Positions 1-10,006 of a stretch of DNA of 64,000 bases are shown piece after piece; the stretch's first letter is position 1, and every line of letters starts with the position of its first letter. Both the position numbers and the translations under genes were made by a program. The notes below the pieces were generated by a model. That model had not been told where the DNA came from. It made no database searches and saw only the letters and a list, made by a program, of their open reading frames with translations. Source of the DNA: Candidatus Poribacteria bacterium (lineage in GTDB: Bacteria > Poribacteria > WGA-4E > PCPOR2b); assembly GCA_965208325.1 (NCBI GenBank), contig OZ242326.1:3552001-3616000 (forward strand), read 5' to 3'.

Positions 1-258
1 GCCGGCTTCAGATGTGACCTCGCTAAATTTTAGGTCAGCCCGCGTTGGCAGCACGGAACACCGAAAGAGCAGAACGCAAATCAAAAAATGTACCGCGGTT
101 TGTAGTATGTACCGCGTAGCAGTTAAAGCAGCGAACGGATGTTTTTGTTTCTTCTCCCTCTGTTCCTTGTGTACACAATTCACAACTGTAACGAATCCTT
201 CCCTGCGTATCGTTTGGACATCTGCCAATTTCGAACTCGTTCTATTGCTTCCGTCCAT
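1..258 (-). CDS. 5' part of a secreted CRTAC1/ASPIC-UnbV (FG-GAP) family-like protein, truncated by the window edge
   Basis: Not in the ORF track. ATG at 258 opens a frame running to position 1: MDGSNR...a hydrophobic stretch (HFLICVLLF), then ADLKFSEVTSEAG, the typical 'F.dVt..aG' start of this family. Confidence 0.5.
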   Translation of the reverse strand, partial: MDGSNRTSSKLADVQTIRREGFVTVVNCVHKEQREKKQKHPFAALTATRYILQTAVHFLICVLLFRCSVLPTRADLKFSEVTSEAG

Positions 259-738
259 ACTTCATATCTCTTTCGCAGTGAAATTGAGGGTTTTAATCTG
301 CTTCCGGTTTGAGGCGAGATTATAACAATCGTACTCTCTGTTGTCAAGGTATGGTGAGAAGCAAATAATTTGCCCCTAGGGACCGGTACAGAGTGATGAA
401 ACTCCCTTAAAATGGACTTTCTTTTCAGAATGGCATCAGGTATACTCTTACAATAACGCCGCTTCTCCGTTCATCTGCAGTCTGCGTGACTGACCCACCA
501 AAGTCCTGTGGAACCCAGATGACGGTGACTTGCGTTTCCTAACAGCCAAGTAAAACAGATTAGCGCCCTGCTTCGAGAGCGTCAAGCAAGTCCAAATCGA
601 AGTGCTCCACGTGAGATTGAACGGATCGTTAATTCACCTGCCATCAGTTTCAAGCGTCTGAATTTTGTTTCTGTTGTGGCAGGGTCATCATATAACTGTT
701 TCAACCCGTCGGTGCATGGGTGAAAGGATTTCTGAAAC

Positions 739-2109
739 TTGAAGGTCTGGCGAATGAAGAGAACAAAATTGCGAGTTGTCGTGCTAACGTGGACGGTGGT
801 AGGACTTTTCGTTGGTTCGATGAACTCAGAAGCGAGTGCAGCATACATTATTCAGGAAGGAAATACGATGGTCAAGACCAGGATTAAAGTCGCACGATCA
901 CCTAATCTCCTAGATAACCGTATTGGCGGGGATTACGGCAGCGATCCCAATGTAACCGAACACATCTTTGATATAGGACTCAAATGGGTTCGACTGGGAT
1001 TCTGGAACAGCGGACTTAACTGGCAACGCGTTCGTAGGGCGCCGGGAAGCTATTCAATCGACACAGCGCCGGATAATTTTGTGACTGATCTCGCTGAGGG
1101 CGGTGTAACGGTTGTAATGACGATGGGTGTTGGCGATGGTCGATCCCGCGGGGACGATATGTGGCGGTTAACACCGTCAGTGATGAACGACTACCGAGAA
1201 TACGTGCGAACGCTCGTTCAACACTTCAAAGACCGCGTCCAGTATTTCGAGATTTGGAACGAACCAGATACCGGTACTGATTGGGGCCGCATCCCTCCGA
1301 TTGACTATGCGAGGCTTGTTAGGCATGTTGCACCGGTGATACGCAAAGAGGCGCCAGAAGCCAAGATTGTCATCGGCGCAATCGGCGGCTGGTGGCAGCC
1401 GAAATTCCCTGGATATGGTAACGCAAGCCGCTACACGCTTCACCGCGAATACTTGGAAGAGGTGCTCTGCTCCGGCATTGCTCCACTCGTTGATGTAATC
1501 TCTTGGCATCCGTTTTACGGGCATCGACCGGACGATCCTTACTACCAGAATTACACTAAGATGGTTGAGGAAATACGGCACCTGGCTGCCGTTCAGGGTT
1601 TTAAAGGGGAATACCTTGTGGAAGAAGCGCTATGGCGTGTCGAGAGCGCCGATGAACCACAGGGGCCAGTGTCCGCCATAGTTTCCGCCAAATACATCGC
1701 ACGTACCATAGTTATGCACCGGGGCATTGACATAACGGTGACGGTAAGCGGCATGTTTCCGGGCAAATGCCCGGAGGTGGCTCGGCGCCTGTGCACCATC
1801 CTTGCGGGCGCTGAAGCGGATGACTTCACGGTTGTGTTGCATACCGAGTCGTCTGAGATTGTCCATTACGGATTTCAACTGCCAAATGGCGATCTACTGG
1901 TAGCCCTGTGGTCCAATGGAGTAGCGGTGGACGACGACTCCGGCATAGTTGCCGATATTACGTGCCAGCTGCCTGTCAGCGGTGCAATCGGGATGGACGT
2001 GCTGCACGGCTATCAACAAGACTTGGATATTGAAGGCGGGGTTGAAAACACTCGAATTCGCGGTCTGTACGTACCCGATTATCCGATGCTCATCCGGCTA
2101 CAAAGATAA
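739..2109 (+). CDS. Secreted clan GH-A glycoside hydrolase (GH5/GH39-like)
   Basis: N-terminal signal-like segment; FEIWNEPD acid/base motif; DVISWHPF; later 'VEE' at the nucleophile position. Confidence 0.7.
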   Translation: MKVWRMKRTKLRVVVLTWTVVGLFVGSMNSEASAAYIIQEGNTMVKTRIKVARSPNLLDNRIGGDYGSDPNVTEHIFDIGLKWVRLGFWNSGLNWQRVRRAPGSYSIDTAPDNFVTDLAEGGVTVVMTMGVGDGRSRGDDMWRLTPSVMNDYREYVRTLVQHFKDRVQYFEIWNEPDTGTDWGRIPPIDYARLVRHVAPVIRKEAPEAKIVIGAIGGWWQPKFPGYGNASRYTLHREYLEEVLCSGIAPLVDVISWHPFYGHRPDDPYYQNYTKMVEEIRHLAAVQGFKGEYLVEEALWRVESADEPQGPVSAIVSAKYIARTIVMHRGIDITVTVSGMFPGKCPEVARRLCTILAGAEADDFTVVLHTESSEIVHYGFQLPNGDLLVALWSNGVAVDDDSGIVADITCQLPVSGAIGMDVLHGYQQDLDIEGGVENTRIRGLYVPDYPMLIRLQR

Positions 2110-2578
2110 CAGGGCTTCCGTCGGACGTTCAGACATTTTTAGGACGATAGTTTTATTCCACGGTATGTGAAGTTCTTTTCCCTTCCAACTGACATTGAAA
2201 TTCCTCATCTGATGCCATAGCAGTCTGCGATCGAATCGTTGTTACATCCCTGAATTGTCGAAAAATGGATCCACCATTGTTTTTCTCTTTTCTCATTGGC
2301 AGAACTGAACAGCCTTCAGCTAGCCACGGAAATCTATTGACAACTCGTAAGGATTTGTGTTACTGTTACTCATGTTGCTACTACCGAAAGTTCCTGACAT
2401 CATTGGGCGCTTCTTTTGTCCTAGCGGTGTACCGATTCGATAGCATTAACTGAACGGGGTCGGACATTCAGAATAGTCTACTTTTAGGAAGTTGCAACCT
2501 GAAATATAAAGGGAAATGTAGGTTTTACAAACAGCGAAAGCGGCTTCGAATCGGAGTCTCGCCTAACTTCGACAAAGA

Positions 2579-3772
2579 TTGGAGTCTTATTGGATGAACA
2601 CGTCCGATTTCAAAAATAGTTCACAACAAATTCCAAACCGCCTTCTCCTTGGACCTGGACCTAGTAATACCCCGCCGCGCGTACTTACAGCAATGAACCA
2701 ACCCATGCTCGGATATTTGGACCCTGTTTTTCTGGAATTGATGGATGAGACCATGGAACTGCTTCGCGGCGTGTTTGGCACCGAAAATCAGTTGACGTTC
2801 CCAGTGTCAGCAACAGGGAGTGCTGGCATGGAAGCTACCTTGTGCAATCTGATTGAACCGGGTGATGAAATCATCGTTTGCGTCAACGGTTTTTTTGGCG
2901 CGCGAATTGCTGATATTGTGAAACGATGCAGGGGAAAACTGCATGTTGTTGAAGGGGATTGGGGAAACATTATTGACCCTGAAGATGTTGAAAACAAGCT
3001 AAATGCAGTAAACGCCAAGATTGTGTGCATTGTTCATGCAGAAACGTCCACGGGTGTCTTACAGCCTTTAGACGATATTTCCGCCATGGCAAAACGCAAT
3101 GATGCTCTCTTACTCGTAGACTGCGTGACTTCATTGGGCGGAGTTCCTGTCAATCTGGATGCGTCAGGTATTGATGTAGCTTATAGCTGTACACAAAAAT
3201 GCCTGGGCGGCCCGCCAGGGCTTTCTCCGGTGAGTTTTAGCGATCGGGCGGTCGAGATTATACACAAACGGAAAACAGAAATACAGAGTTTTTACCTTGA
3301 TATGCGGCTGCTTTCGAACTACTGGGGCAAAGAGCGAGTTTACCACCATACCGCGCCTATTTCAATGAACTACGCCATCAATGAAGCACTGAAACTAGTC
3401 GAAGAAGAGGGGCTAACTCAGCGATACCACCGCCATCAATTGCATTCGCAGGCACTAGCGGCTGGATTGGAATCAATCGGAATTGAGCGGATTGCGCAAG
3501 AGGGACACCGTGCCCCAATGCTGACTTCCGTGTCTATCCCCGATGGTGTGGATGATGCCGGCATCCGCCGCCGGTTGCTGGAAGAATATAATATTGAAAT
3601 TGGTGGTGGACTCGGCGTTTTTAAAGGAAAAGCGTGGCGAATCGGGCTGATGGGTGAGTCTTGCCGCAAAGAGAGTGTCATTCGTCTGCTCTCCGCACTT
3701 GAGGACCTCTTACCTGACGTTACACAGTTAGCAGGCGTAGAGGCAGCCGAAAGGGTTTACGCCGCCGAATAA
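2579..3772 (+). CDS. Alanine-glyoxylate / serine-pyruvate aminotransferase (class V PLP)
   Basis: LLLGPGPSN, HAETSTG, VDCVTSLGG, SCTQKCLG (PLP lysine), YHHTAP, WRIGLMG. Confidence 0.93.
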   Translation: MESYWMNTSDFKNSSQQIPNRLLLGPGPSNTPPRVLTAMNQPMLGYLDPVFLELMDETMELLRGVFGTENQLTFPVSATGSAGMEATLCNLIEPGDEIIVCVNGFFGARIADIVKRCRGKLHVVEGDWGNIIDPEDVENKLNAVNAKIVCIVHAETSTGVLQPLDDISAMAKRNDALLLVDCVTSLGGVPVNLDASGIDVAYSCTQKCLGGPPGLSPVSFSDRAVEIIHKRKTEIQSFYLDMRLLSNYWGKERVYHHTAPISMNYAINEALKLVEEEGLTQRYHRHQLHSQALAAGLESIGIERIAQEGHRAPMLTSVSIPDGVDDAGIRRRLLEEYNIEIGGGLGVFKGKAWRIGLMGESCRKESVIRLLSALEDLLPDVTQLAGVEAAERVYAAE

Positions 3773-4008
3773 TACCGCAAGATTACCCTTACGGATGTTC
3801 GCGCTACGACTTTCCGTTTGAAGCAGCACACCGCTAACCGCGCCAAGAGTTTCCAGAACATGAATTTTGCAAGGTGAACGCGAAATGCCGCATATATTCC
3901 AGTCGGTCAAAAACGACATCTATTGGAGGCGCAACATTCCGTAAGACCACTTTGTCAGAATTAATATGAATCCGTTTGTGACGAAAATTGCGTTTGCCGG
4001 CGATATAA

Positions 4009-4608
4009 ATGAACCGGGTACCAATACAACCATTTGAGCGATTTCTTCAACAACAGGGTTATCACCGTATTGCGGGGGTTGACGAAGCTGGACGAGGTGC
4101 TTTAGCGGGGCCAGTCGTTGCTTCCGCCGTTGTCCTTCCGTTCAACTGTTCCATCCCAGGGCTCACGGATTCAAAACAGTTGACACCCAAGCAACGCGAC
4201 GATTTGTTTATTGAAATTGAGAAATCAGCGGTGGCTGTCAGTGTCGGCTGCGTAGGAAATGAAGAAATCGATCGAGTGAATATTCTCCAAGCAACACTGA
4301 TAGCAATGAGTGAAGCCATCGAACGTATTTCCCCTTTACCCGATTTTGTTCTCGTTGATGGCACACAACTTCCTCCCATCTCCGTTCGCGCTCACGCCAT
4401 TCCAAAGGGAGATTGTCTCTACCAATCAATTGCCGCGGCATCTATCATCGCAAAAGTTAAACGGGACCGCTTCATGATTGAGTTAGGCAAGGTTTATCCA
4501 CACTACGGATTTCAACGGCACAAAGGATACGGTACAAGGCAGCATCGGCAGGCAATTTCTAAAGTTGGAGTGTGTCCGATACATCGGCGTAGTTTTAAAC
4601 TTCAGTAA
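4009..4608 (+). CDS. rnhB: Ribonuclease HII
   Basis: GVDEAGRGALAGPV, DSKQL, IAAASIIAKVKRD, HKGYGT, HRRSF. Confidence 0.97.
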   Translation: MNRVPIQPFERFLQQQGYHRIAGVDEAGRGALAGPVVASAVVLPFNCSIPGLTDSKQLTPKQRDDLFIEIEKSAVAVSVGCVGNEEIDRVNILQATLIAMSEAIERISPLPDFVLVDGTQLPPISVRAHAIPKGDCLYQSIAAASIIAKVKRDRFMIELGKVYPHYGFQRHKGYGTRQHRQAISKVGVCPIHRRSFKLQ

Positions 4609-4609
4609 C

Positions 4610-4990
4610 ATGAGCAACTCGAACATAAAGATTGGCAAGATTGGCGAAGCGTTTGCCGTCGATTATCTTAAAGCACAGGACTATTGGATACTTGAGCGGA
4701 ATTACCGCCTGCGTTTCGGTGAAATTGACCTCATCGCTCGCCAAGGGAGGCGAACCGTATTCGTTGAAGTCAAGACACGTCGAAGTCTCAAGTTTGGCGC
4801 ACCGCAGACCGCCGTGACGCCAACCAAGCAAAAGCAGATTTCGAAGGTCGCTTTGAGTTACTTGCAAGAACACAATCTTCTGGATGGCGCTTGCCGATTC
4901 GATGTTATCGCAGTATACCTCTCGTTAAAATGCGAGCTCATCGATCTCCAACACATAGAAAATGCATTTGAGTTTCGTACGAATGCTTGA
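4610..4990 (+). CDS. yraN: YraN family (UPF0102) putative endonuclease
   Basis: GKIGEAFA, ERNYR..GEIDLI, FVEVKTR, RFDVIAV; directly follows rnhB; ATG at 4610. Confidence 0.92.
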   Translation: MSNSNIKIGKIGEAFAVDYLKAQDYWILERNYRLRFGEIDLIARQGRRTVFVEVKTRRSLKFGAPQTAVTPTKQKQISKVALSYLQEHNLLDGACRFDVIAVYLSLKCELIDLQHIENAFEFRTNA

Positions 4991-5034
4991 TGCTTTGTCA
5001 TCAACAGCGTGGGTAAAACACAGAAAGGCGATGG

Positions 5035-5721
5035 TTGATGCAAGCTATTATTTTATGCGGAGGGCTTTCGACACGGCTTGGTGACCTAACAAAAAGGGTG
5101 CCGAAAATTCTGCTAGATGTACGCGGGCGGACGGTGCTTGAATGGCAAATTGAACTATTGAAGCAAGCCGGCGTGGATGAAGTCATCCTTGCATCAGGTC
5201 ACTTGCATGATACGCTAGTAAAAGCAGTTGGGACGAGGTGCAATGGCGTATCCATGCAATACGCCAGAGAGGAAACAAGGTTGGACACGGGCGGCGCAAT
5301 CAAACATGCGATGCAGTATATTTGCGCGTCGCCCTTTTTTGTGCTGAATGGCGATGTGTTGTTGGAAGGTTTTGCTCTGTCCGCGATGTTGAATTGCTCT
5401 CATCGAGAGGCAGTGGGCATTTTACTTGGTGTGTTGGTTGATGATGTCAGTGCTTACGGTGAGATTGATTCGGACGATTGGAATAGGATTACAGGATTCC
5501 GTGAAAAGCAACGGATTCAGCGGTCTGGATTCATCAACGCAGGCGTGTATCTATTCAATCAGTCAATGGCAAATTACTTCCCCAATCAAGACGTGTTTTC
5601 TATTGAGAAAGATGTCTTCCCTTACGTGCAAAATCTTTATGTGCACAAAGCGGCAATCAATTGGATTGATGTCGGCGATCCAAAACGCCTTGCGTACGCC
5701 CGCGAGTGCTTTGGTACGTAA
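5035..5721 (+). CDS. Sugar-phosphate nucleotidyltransferase
   Basis: AIILCGGLSTRL...PK, LDTGGAI, VLNGD, INAGVY, WIDVG. Confidence 0.9.
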   Translation: MMQAIILCGGLSTRLGDLTKRVPKILLDVRGRTVLEWQIELLKQAGVDEVILASGHLHDTLVKAVGTRCNGVSMQYAREETRLDTGGAIKHAMQYICASPFFVLNGDVLLEGFALSAMLNCSHREAVGILLGVLVDDVSAYGEIDSDDWNRITGFREKQRIQRSGFINAGVYLFNQSMANYFPNQDVFSIEKDVFPYVQNLYVHKAAINWIDVGDPKRLAYARECFGT

Positions 5722-5869
5722 GCCATCGCGTTGAATTTAGGTTGACTATTTTTTGCCCGAAAACACCTACAAAATGTATTTCAATGGAAAAACCGATTGG
5801 TACAGTTTTTTCGTAAATTCTGATTTCACACCAAATTTTTTTTGATTTTCAAACTTACTGGAGGAATTT

Positions 5870-8347
5870 ATGAAAGTCAGACTTTTTATAGCATTTTCAA
5901 TGCTTGTATTGTTTGCTTTTTCCCTTAAAGCAGAGGAGACGACAACTTCAATAGAGTTAGAAGAGATTATCACCGTCGGTACGCGCGTGCCGGAGCGGAG
6001 TAGGCTTGATTCGCCAGTGCCGGTTGATGTCATTAACGAAGACGCAATCCGGAAGACAGGACATACTGAAGTTGGCCGTGTACTGCAGACATTGGCACCG
6101 TCATTCAACTTTTCGAGTTCATCAATTAGCGACGGTACGGATGCGCTGCGGCCCGCGACACTCCGAGGCTTGGGCCCCGATCAGGTACTTGTGCTTGTGA
6201 ACGGAAAACGGCGACACGGAAGCGCATTGATTCACGTAAACACTTCTGTCGGCCGCGGTACGGCGGGCGTGGATATGAATGCGATTCCCGCTAGTGCCAT
6301 CAAACGAATCGAGATTCTGCGCGATGGTGCGTCGGCGCAATACGGTTCAGATGCGCTCGCTGGAGTCATCAACCTTGTGCTAAAAGATGACAACGAAGGA
6401 GGATTAGGATACTCTTACGGCTCTACTTTCGCCGGCGACGGTGAAACGTTCACACTAAACGCCCATAAAGGGTTCAAATTCGGAAATGATGGTACTATTC
6501 ACGGCGCAATTGAGTACCGAGACAGACAACCCACTAACCGTGCTGGCTTGACGGGCGTGATTCAATACCCCGGCAGCGAAGTTAAAGAGGGTAGTCCTGT
6601 CCAGCTAGTAAATGACGCCGGCAACAAAGAGCATAGCTTTGACCGCCAAAATTTCCGTCTTGGCGACGCGGAATCTCGCCAAGGTGCCGTAGTATTGAAC
6701 TTGGACAAGCCGATTGACAGCATTTGGCAAGGCGCCGCTTTCTACAGTTTCCTTGATTATTCTAATCGACAGAACACCAGCGCAGGATTCTACCGAAGAG
6801 CCAATCAACTTGACCGTAACCCGGAAGGATCGGACTATCCCGATGGATTCCTTCCGTTAATCAACACAAGTGTACTTGATTACTCTATTGGGGTGGGAAT
6901 CAAGCAGAAGTTCAACAGTGGCCTGCGGATGGATGCGAGCGTCGTCACGGGCGGCAATAGCTTTGCGTTCAACATCAGCAATTCACACAACGCCTCGCTT
7001 GTCGCTGCGGATGGCTCAAGCCCATCATCCGCTGACGCAGGCGACCTGCGGTTGTTCCTCAACACGGTGGACCTCGATTTTTCACTTCCGACGGACTGGG
7101 GAAACGTTGCAGTCGGAGGCGGATTTAGGAACGACATCTACCAAATCACAGCAGGTGAGGAAGTTTCGTACAGAGATTATGATGGTCCCGGCGGCGCTTC
7201 AGGCGGCATCCAGGTTTTCCCTGGCTTCCAGCCCTCAAATGAAGTGAACGAACTGCGTACGGCTTTCGCATTCTACACGGATGTAGAGCTAAATCCCATT
7301 GAGTCGGTGTTCATCAATCCTGCTGGGCGGGTTGAGAACTATAGTGACTTTGGATCAACCGTGAACGGAAAGCTGGCGCTGCGCTATGAACCGATTGAAG
7401 AGCTAGCACTGCGTGGTTCAGCAAGTACGGGATTTCGCGCGCCCTCTATGCAGCAACTGTATTTCAACAACGTAAGCACGCAATTCAATACGGTTGACGG
7501 CCAGTCGGTCGCCCAAGAAATTGGCACATTCCGAAACGATAGCGGTATCGCAAAAGCTGTCGGTATTCCGGAGTTGACGGAAGAGACCGCGGTGAATGTC
7601 AGCAGCGGATTTATCCTCCGTCCGCTTCCGCGCTTGACGCTCACGGCAGATGTCTACCGGACAACCATTAGCGACCGCATAATCATTAGTGGACGCTTGG
7701 CGAGCGGCAATGAAGGGATTCCGTCAGAGATAAGAAAGAGTCTCGCCGATTCAGGCGTTGCAGGCGCGCAATTTTTCATGAACGCAGCCGATACTCAAAC
7801 ACAAGGCGTAGACGTTGTGGCGTCCTATACGTACCCGGTGTTCGAGCAAGGAAGACTCTTACTTAGCTTCGCCGCAAACTATACGGAAACCGAGATTACC
7901 GACGTAAATCTCCCCGCGAATCTCCCTGAATCCCTCTTCACTGAGCAAGACCGCTCAATCATTGAGACGTGGCAACCGAAAGACAGGGTTTCTATGTCAA
8001 CCCGATATACGAACGGTTCACTAGGGGTGGACTACGCAGTCCATCGGTATGGTGAATACACCGTGATTGATGGCGGTAAAAGCCAAACTTTTACACCGAA
8101 GTATCTTACCGACATTCAAATTAGTTACGGGGTGGGCGAGTACGGCCGAATCAAAATCGGTGCGAATAACTTGTTCAACGTCACGCCGGATGAAAACCAT
8201 ATTGGGCAATCGCGGGGCGGGAAAATCGTGGATCCGTGGGGTAACGTGATTGTCGATTCGCCGGGCGTTTTTACCTATTCGCGGCGTTCTGCACCGTTTG
8301 GTTTCAATGGCGGGTTGTATTATATCGGCTGGGAGAATACGTTTTAA
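5870..8347 (+). CDS. TonB-dependent outer-membrane receptor
   Basis: Signal peptide; TonB-box-like EEIITVG; plug motifs LRGLG..VLVLVNGKR and IEILRDGASAQYGSDALAGVIN; GFRAPS; C-terminal Phe. Confidence 0.95.
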   Translation: MKVRLFIAFSMLVLFAFSLKAEETTTSIELEEIITVGTRVPERSRLDSPVPVDVINEDAIRKTGHTEVGRVLQTLAPSFNFSSSSISDGTDALRPATLRGLGPDQVLVLVNGKRRHGSALIHVNTSVGRGTAGVDMNAIPASAIKRIEILRDGASAQYGSDALAGVINLVLKDDNEGGLGYSYGSTFAGDGETFTLNAHKGFKFGNDGTIHGAIEYRDRQPTNRAGLTGVIQYPGSEVKEGSPVQLVNDAGNKEHSFDRQNFRLGDAESRQGAVVLNLDKPIDSIWQGAAFYSFLDYSNRQNTSAGFYRRANQLDRNPEGSDYPDGFLPLINTSVLDYSIGVGIKQKFNSGLRMDASVVTGGNSFAFNISNSHNASLVAADGSSPSSADAGDLRLFLNTVDLDFSLPTDWGNVAVGGGFRNDIYQITAGEEVSYRDYDGPGGASGGIQVFPGFQPSNEVNELRTAFAFYTDVELNPIESVFINPAGRVENYSDFGSTVNGKLALRYEPIEELALRGSASTGFRAPSMQQLYFNNVSTQFNTVDGQSVAQEIGTFRNDSGIAKAVGIPELTEETAVNVSSGFILRPLPRLTLTADVYRTTISDRIIISGRLASGNEGIPSEIRKSLADSGVAGAQFFMNAADTQTQGVDVVASYTYPVFEQGRLLLSFAANYTETEITDVNLPANLPESLFTEQDRSIIETWQPKDRVSMSTRYTNGSLGVDYAVHRYGEYTVIDGGKSQTFTPKYLTDIQISYGVGEYGRIKIGANNLFNVTPDENHIGQSRGGKIVDPWGNVIVDSPGVFTYSRRSAPFGFNGGLYYIGWENTF

Positions 8348-8513
8348 TGGGTTATAGCACAAAAATGGGAATTTGGCTGAGGTGGAGAAACCCCGCCTCA
8401 GCCAGTTAATAAATGGAACGAAATCATCCGGCAAGTTCTGCCGATAGGTTCACCAAAAAAGCTACGGTCGGGAGAATGCCGTTGTAAGATAATTTCTATA
8501 TTTGAGTCAGTGA

Positions 8514-8801
8514 GTGAACATTCGCATTGACATCGATCCGGCAAACGGCTTGCCTCAAAATTACCACCATGATGTTGATGAAAAGGAAAATGAGGAGGTG
8601 TTACGGAATCCGGGGGAGTATCGAGACGGGCGTGAAGAATCACGCGTTGCTATCGGTCAGACGCAAGCAGGACGCTACTTACGAGTCTTTTACGTTCCAG
8701 ATCCGCAACCTGATAGCGTGTTTGTAGTTACGGCATACGCATTGAAGGGCAAACCCTTAACGGAATATCAAAGAAGCCAACGAGGGAGAGGACGACGATA
8801 A
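8514..8801 (+). CDS. Putative type II toxin (DUF4258/BrnT-like)
   Basis: 95 aa; EEVLRNP...IGQTQAGRYLRVFY...VFVVTAY pattern; its stop overlaps the start of the next small gene. Confidence 0.65.
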   Translation: MNIRIDIDPANGLPQNYHHDVDEKENEEVLRNPGEYRDGREESRVAIGQTQAGRYLRVFYVPDPQPDSVFVVTAYALKGKPLTEYQRSQRGRGRR

Positions 8802-9016
8802 ACCAGAACAAATTTCCCCTCAACTGGAATGAAAAACGGGTTCAGAAGGTCGTCACCCATTACGAAAAACAGGCGGCGGATGAAGCCACGGCCGAAGATG
8901 AAGTTGCATTTGCGGATTCATCTCAAACAGTTATACAAATTCCTCAAGAATTAATTCCAATTGTTAGCGAACTAATTGCCAAGCATTCAGGTAATAAAAC
9001 CGTACAACCTAGTTAA
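8798..9016 (+). CDS. Putative cognate antitoxin with an ATA start (possibly a pseudogene)
   Basis: Not in the ORF track. Open frame (I/M)NQNKFPLNWNEKRVQKVVTHYEKQAADEATAEDEVAF...LIAKH; the junction reads ATAA where an ATGA coupling is expected. Confidence 0.55.
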   Translation: MNQNKFPLNWNEKRVQKVVTHYEKQAADEATAEDEVAFADSSQTVIQIPQELIPIVSELIAKHSGNKTVQPS

Positions 9017-9257
9017 CGAAGCGTGGCAGCTTTCTAAGTCTCAAGCTGTTGGAACGCTTGCTAAATGTAGGCACCAGCCGATTCACCAGGAGGAACCTTG
9101 AAAAAATAGGAGGTTTTCTACACTAGCGAATGTCCAAAGTATACCGACCGATAAGCCTATTCCGTCTATCAATCGCCGGTTAGCTTAGGTAAGCGTAGTT
9201 TGTTGCAAGTGTTGATTCGGGTTGTTGGGTGCAAGTAGGGGCATCACTAAAGGGGCA

Positions 9258-9962
9258 ATGGATCTTCAGGAAGCCAAAATTCAATTAGACGATGAAGGTT
9301 TTTGCGTATTGGAAGACCAGATCGATGCGCACGAAGCCGATTACCTTAACATGCGAGCGTGCGACCTGATGGAGTCTACTCTAGGGCAGGGAACGTATCT
9401 TAGCTTGGAGGGTTCATTGGACCTCATTCCTGAACTCGCGCCGCTATGCATCCATCCCTCTATTCTTGAATTGGCAGAAACGGCGCTGGGGGAAAATTTT
9501 ATCCTTGCAAACAATGTCGCTATGAAGTTGTGTAAACCCGGGGCGGGATTGGGAGGATTACACGTGGATTGGCCGTTACCGAGTATCCCGAAGCCTTGGC
9601 CAATTTCGCCCACAGGATTGGCGGCGTTCTGGATGCTCACGGACTTTACAGCGAAGAACGGTGCGACTGCGGTGATTCCGTTTAGCCATCATACGCGGCG
9701 AGATCCTATTTCCAACCGTACATATCAACATGAAGTACCTGTCGTCGGGAAAAAGGGATCGGTGTTAGTTTTTGTCAACGGAATTTGGCATCGCAGCGGC
9801 GCAAACACTACCCAGAATGAAAATCGTATGGCCGCCAGCGTATTTTATGTGCCTTCTTTTATCTACCGCCCCAGAGATGGCTGGCCAATTATGAAGCGGC
9901 ATGTCTACGATAAATTCCCGCCACAATTGCAAATACTGTTGAAACGGTCGGTTGAAGAGTAA
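9258..9962 (+). CDS. Phytanoyl-CoA dioxygenase (PhyH) family Fe(II)/2-oxoglutarate oxygenase
   Basis: LDDEGFCVL, HVD iron motif, WMLTDFTAKNGAT, WHRSGAN...R. Confidence 0.9.
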   Translation: MDLQEAKIQLDDEGFCVLEDQIDAHEADYLNMRACDLMESTLGQGTYLSLEGSLDLIPELAPLCIHPSILELAETALGENFILANNVAMKLCKPGAGLGGLHVDWPLPSIPKPWPISPTGLAAFWMLTDFTAKNGATAVIPFSHHTRRDPISNRTYQHEVPVVGKKGSVLVFVNGIWHRSGANTTQNENRMAASVFYVPSFIYRPRDGWPIMKRHVYDKFPPQLQILLKRSVEE

Positions 9963-10006
9963 CGCGGCGAGTGAATGATATTGAACTATGCGGAGAGCAG
10001 AAGAGA

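Noticed and set aside
14..325. 103 aa plus-strand ORF
   Set aside because: Antisense to a more convincing minus-strand secreted protein start at 258.
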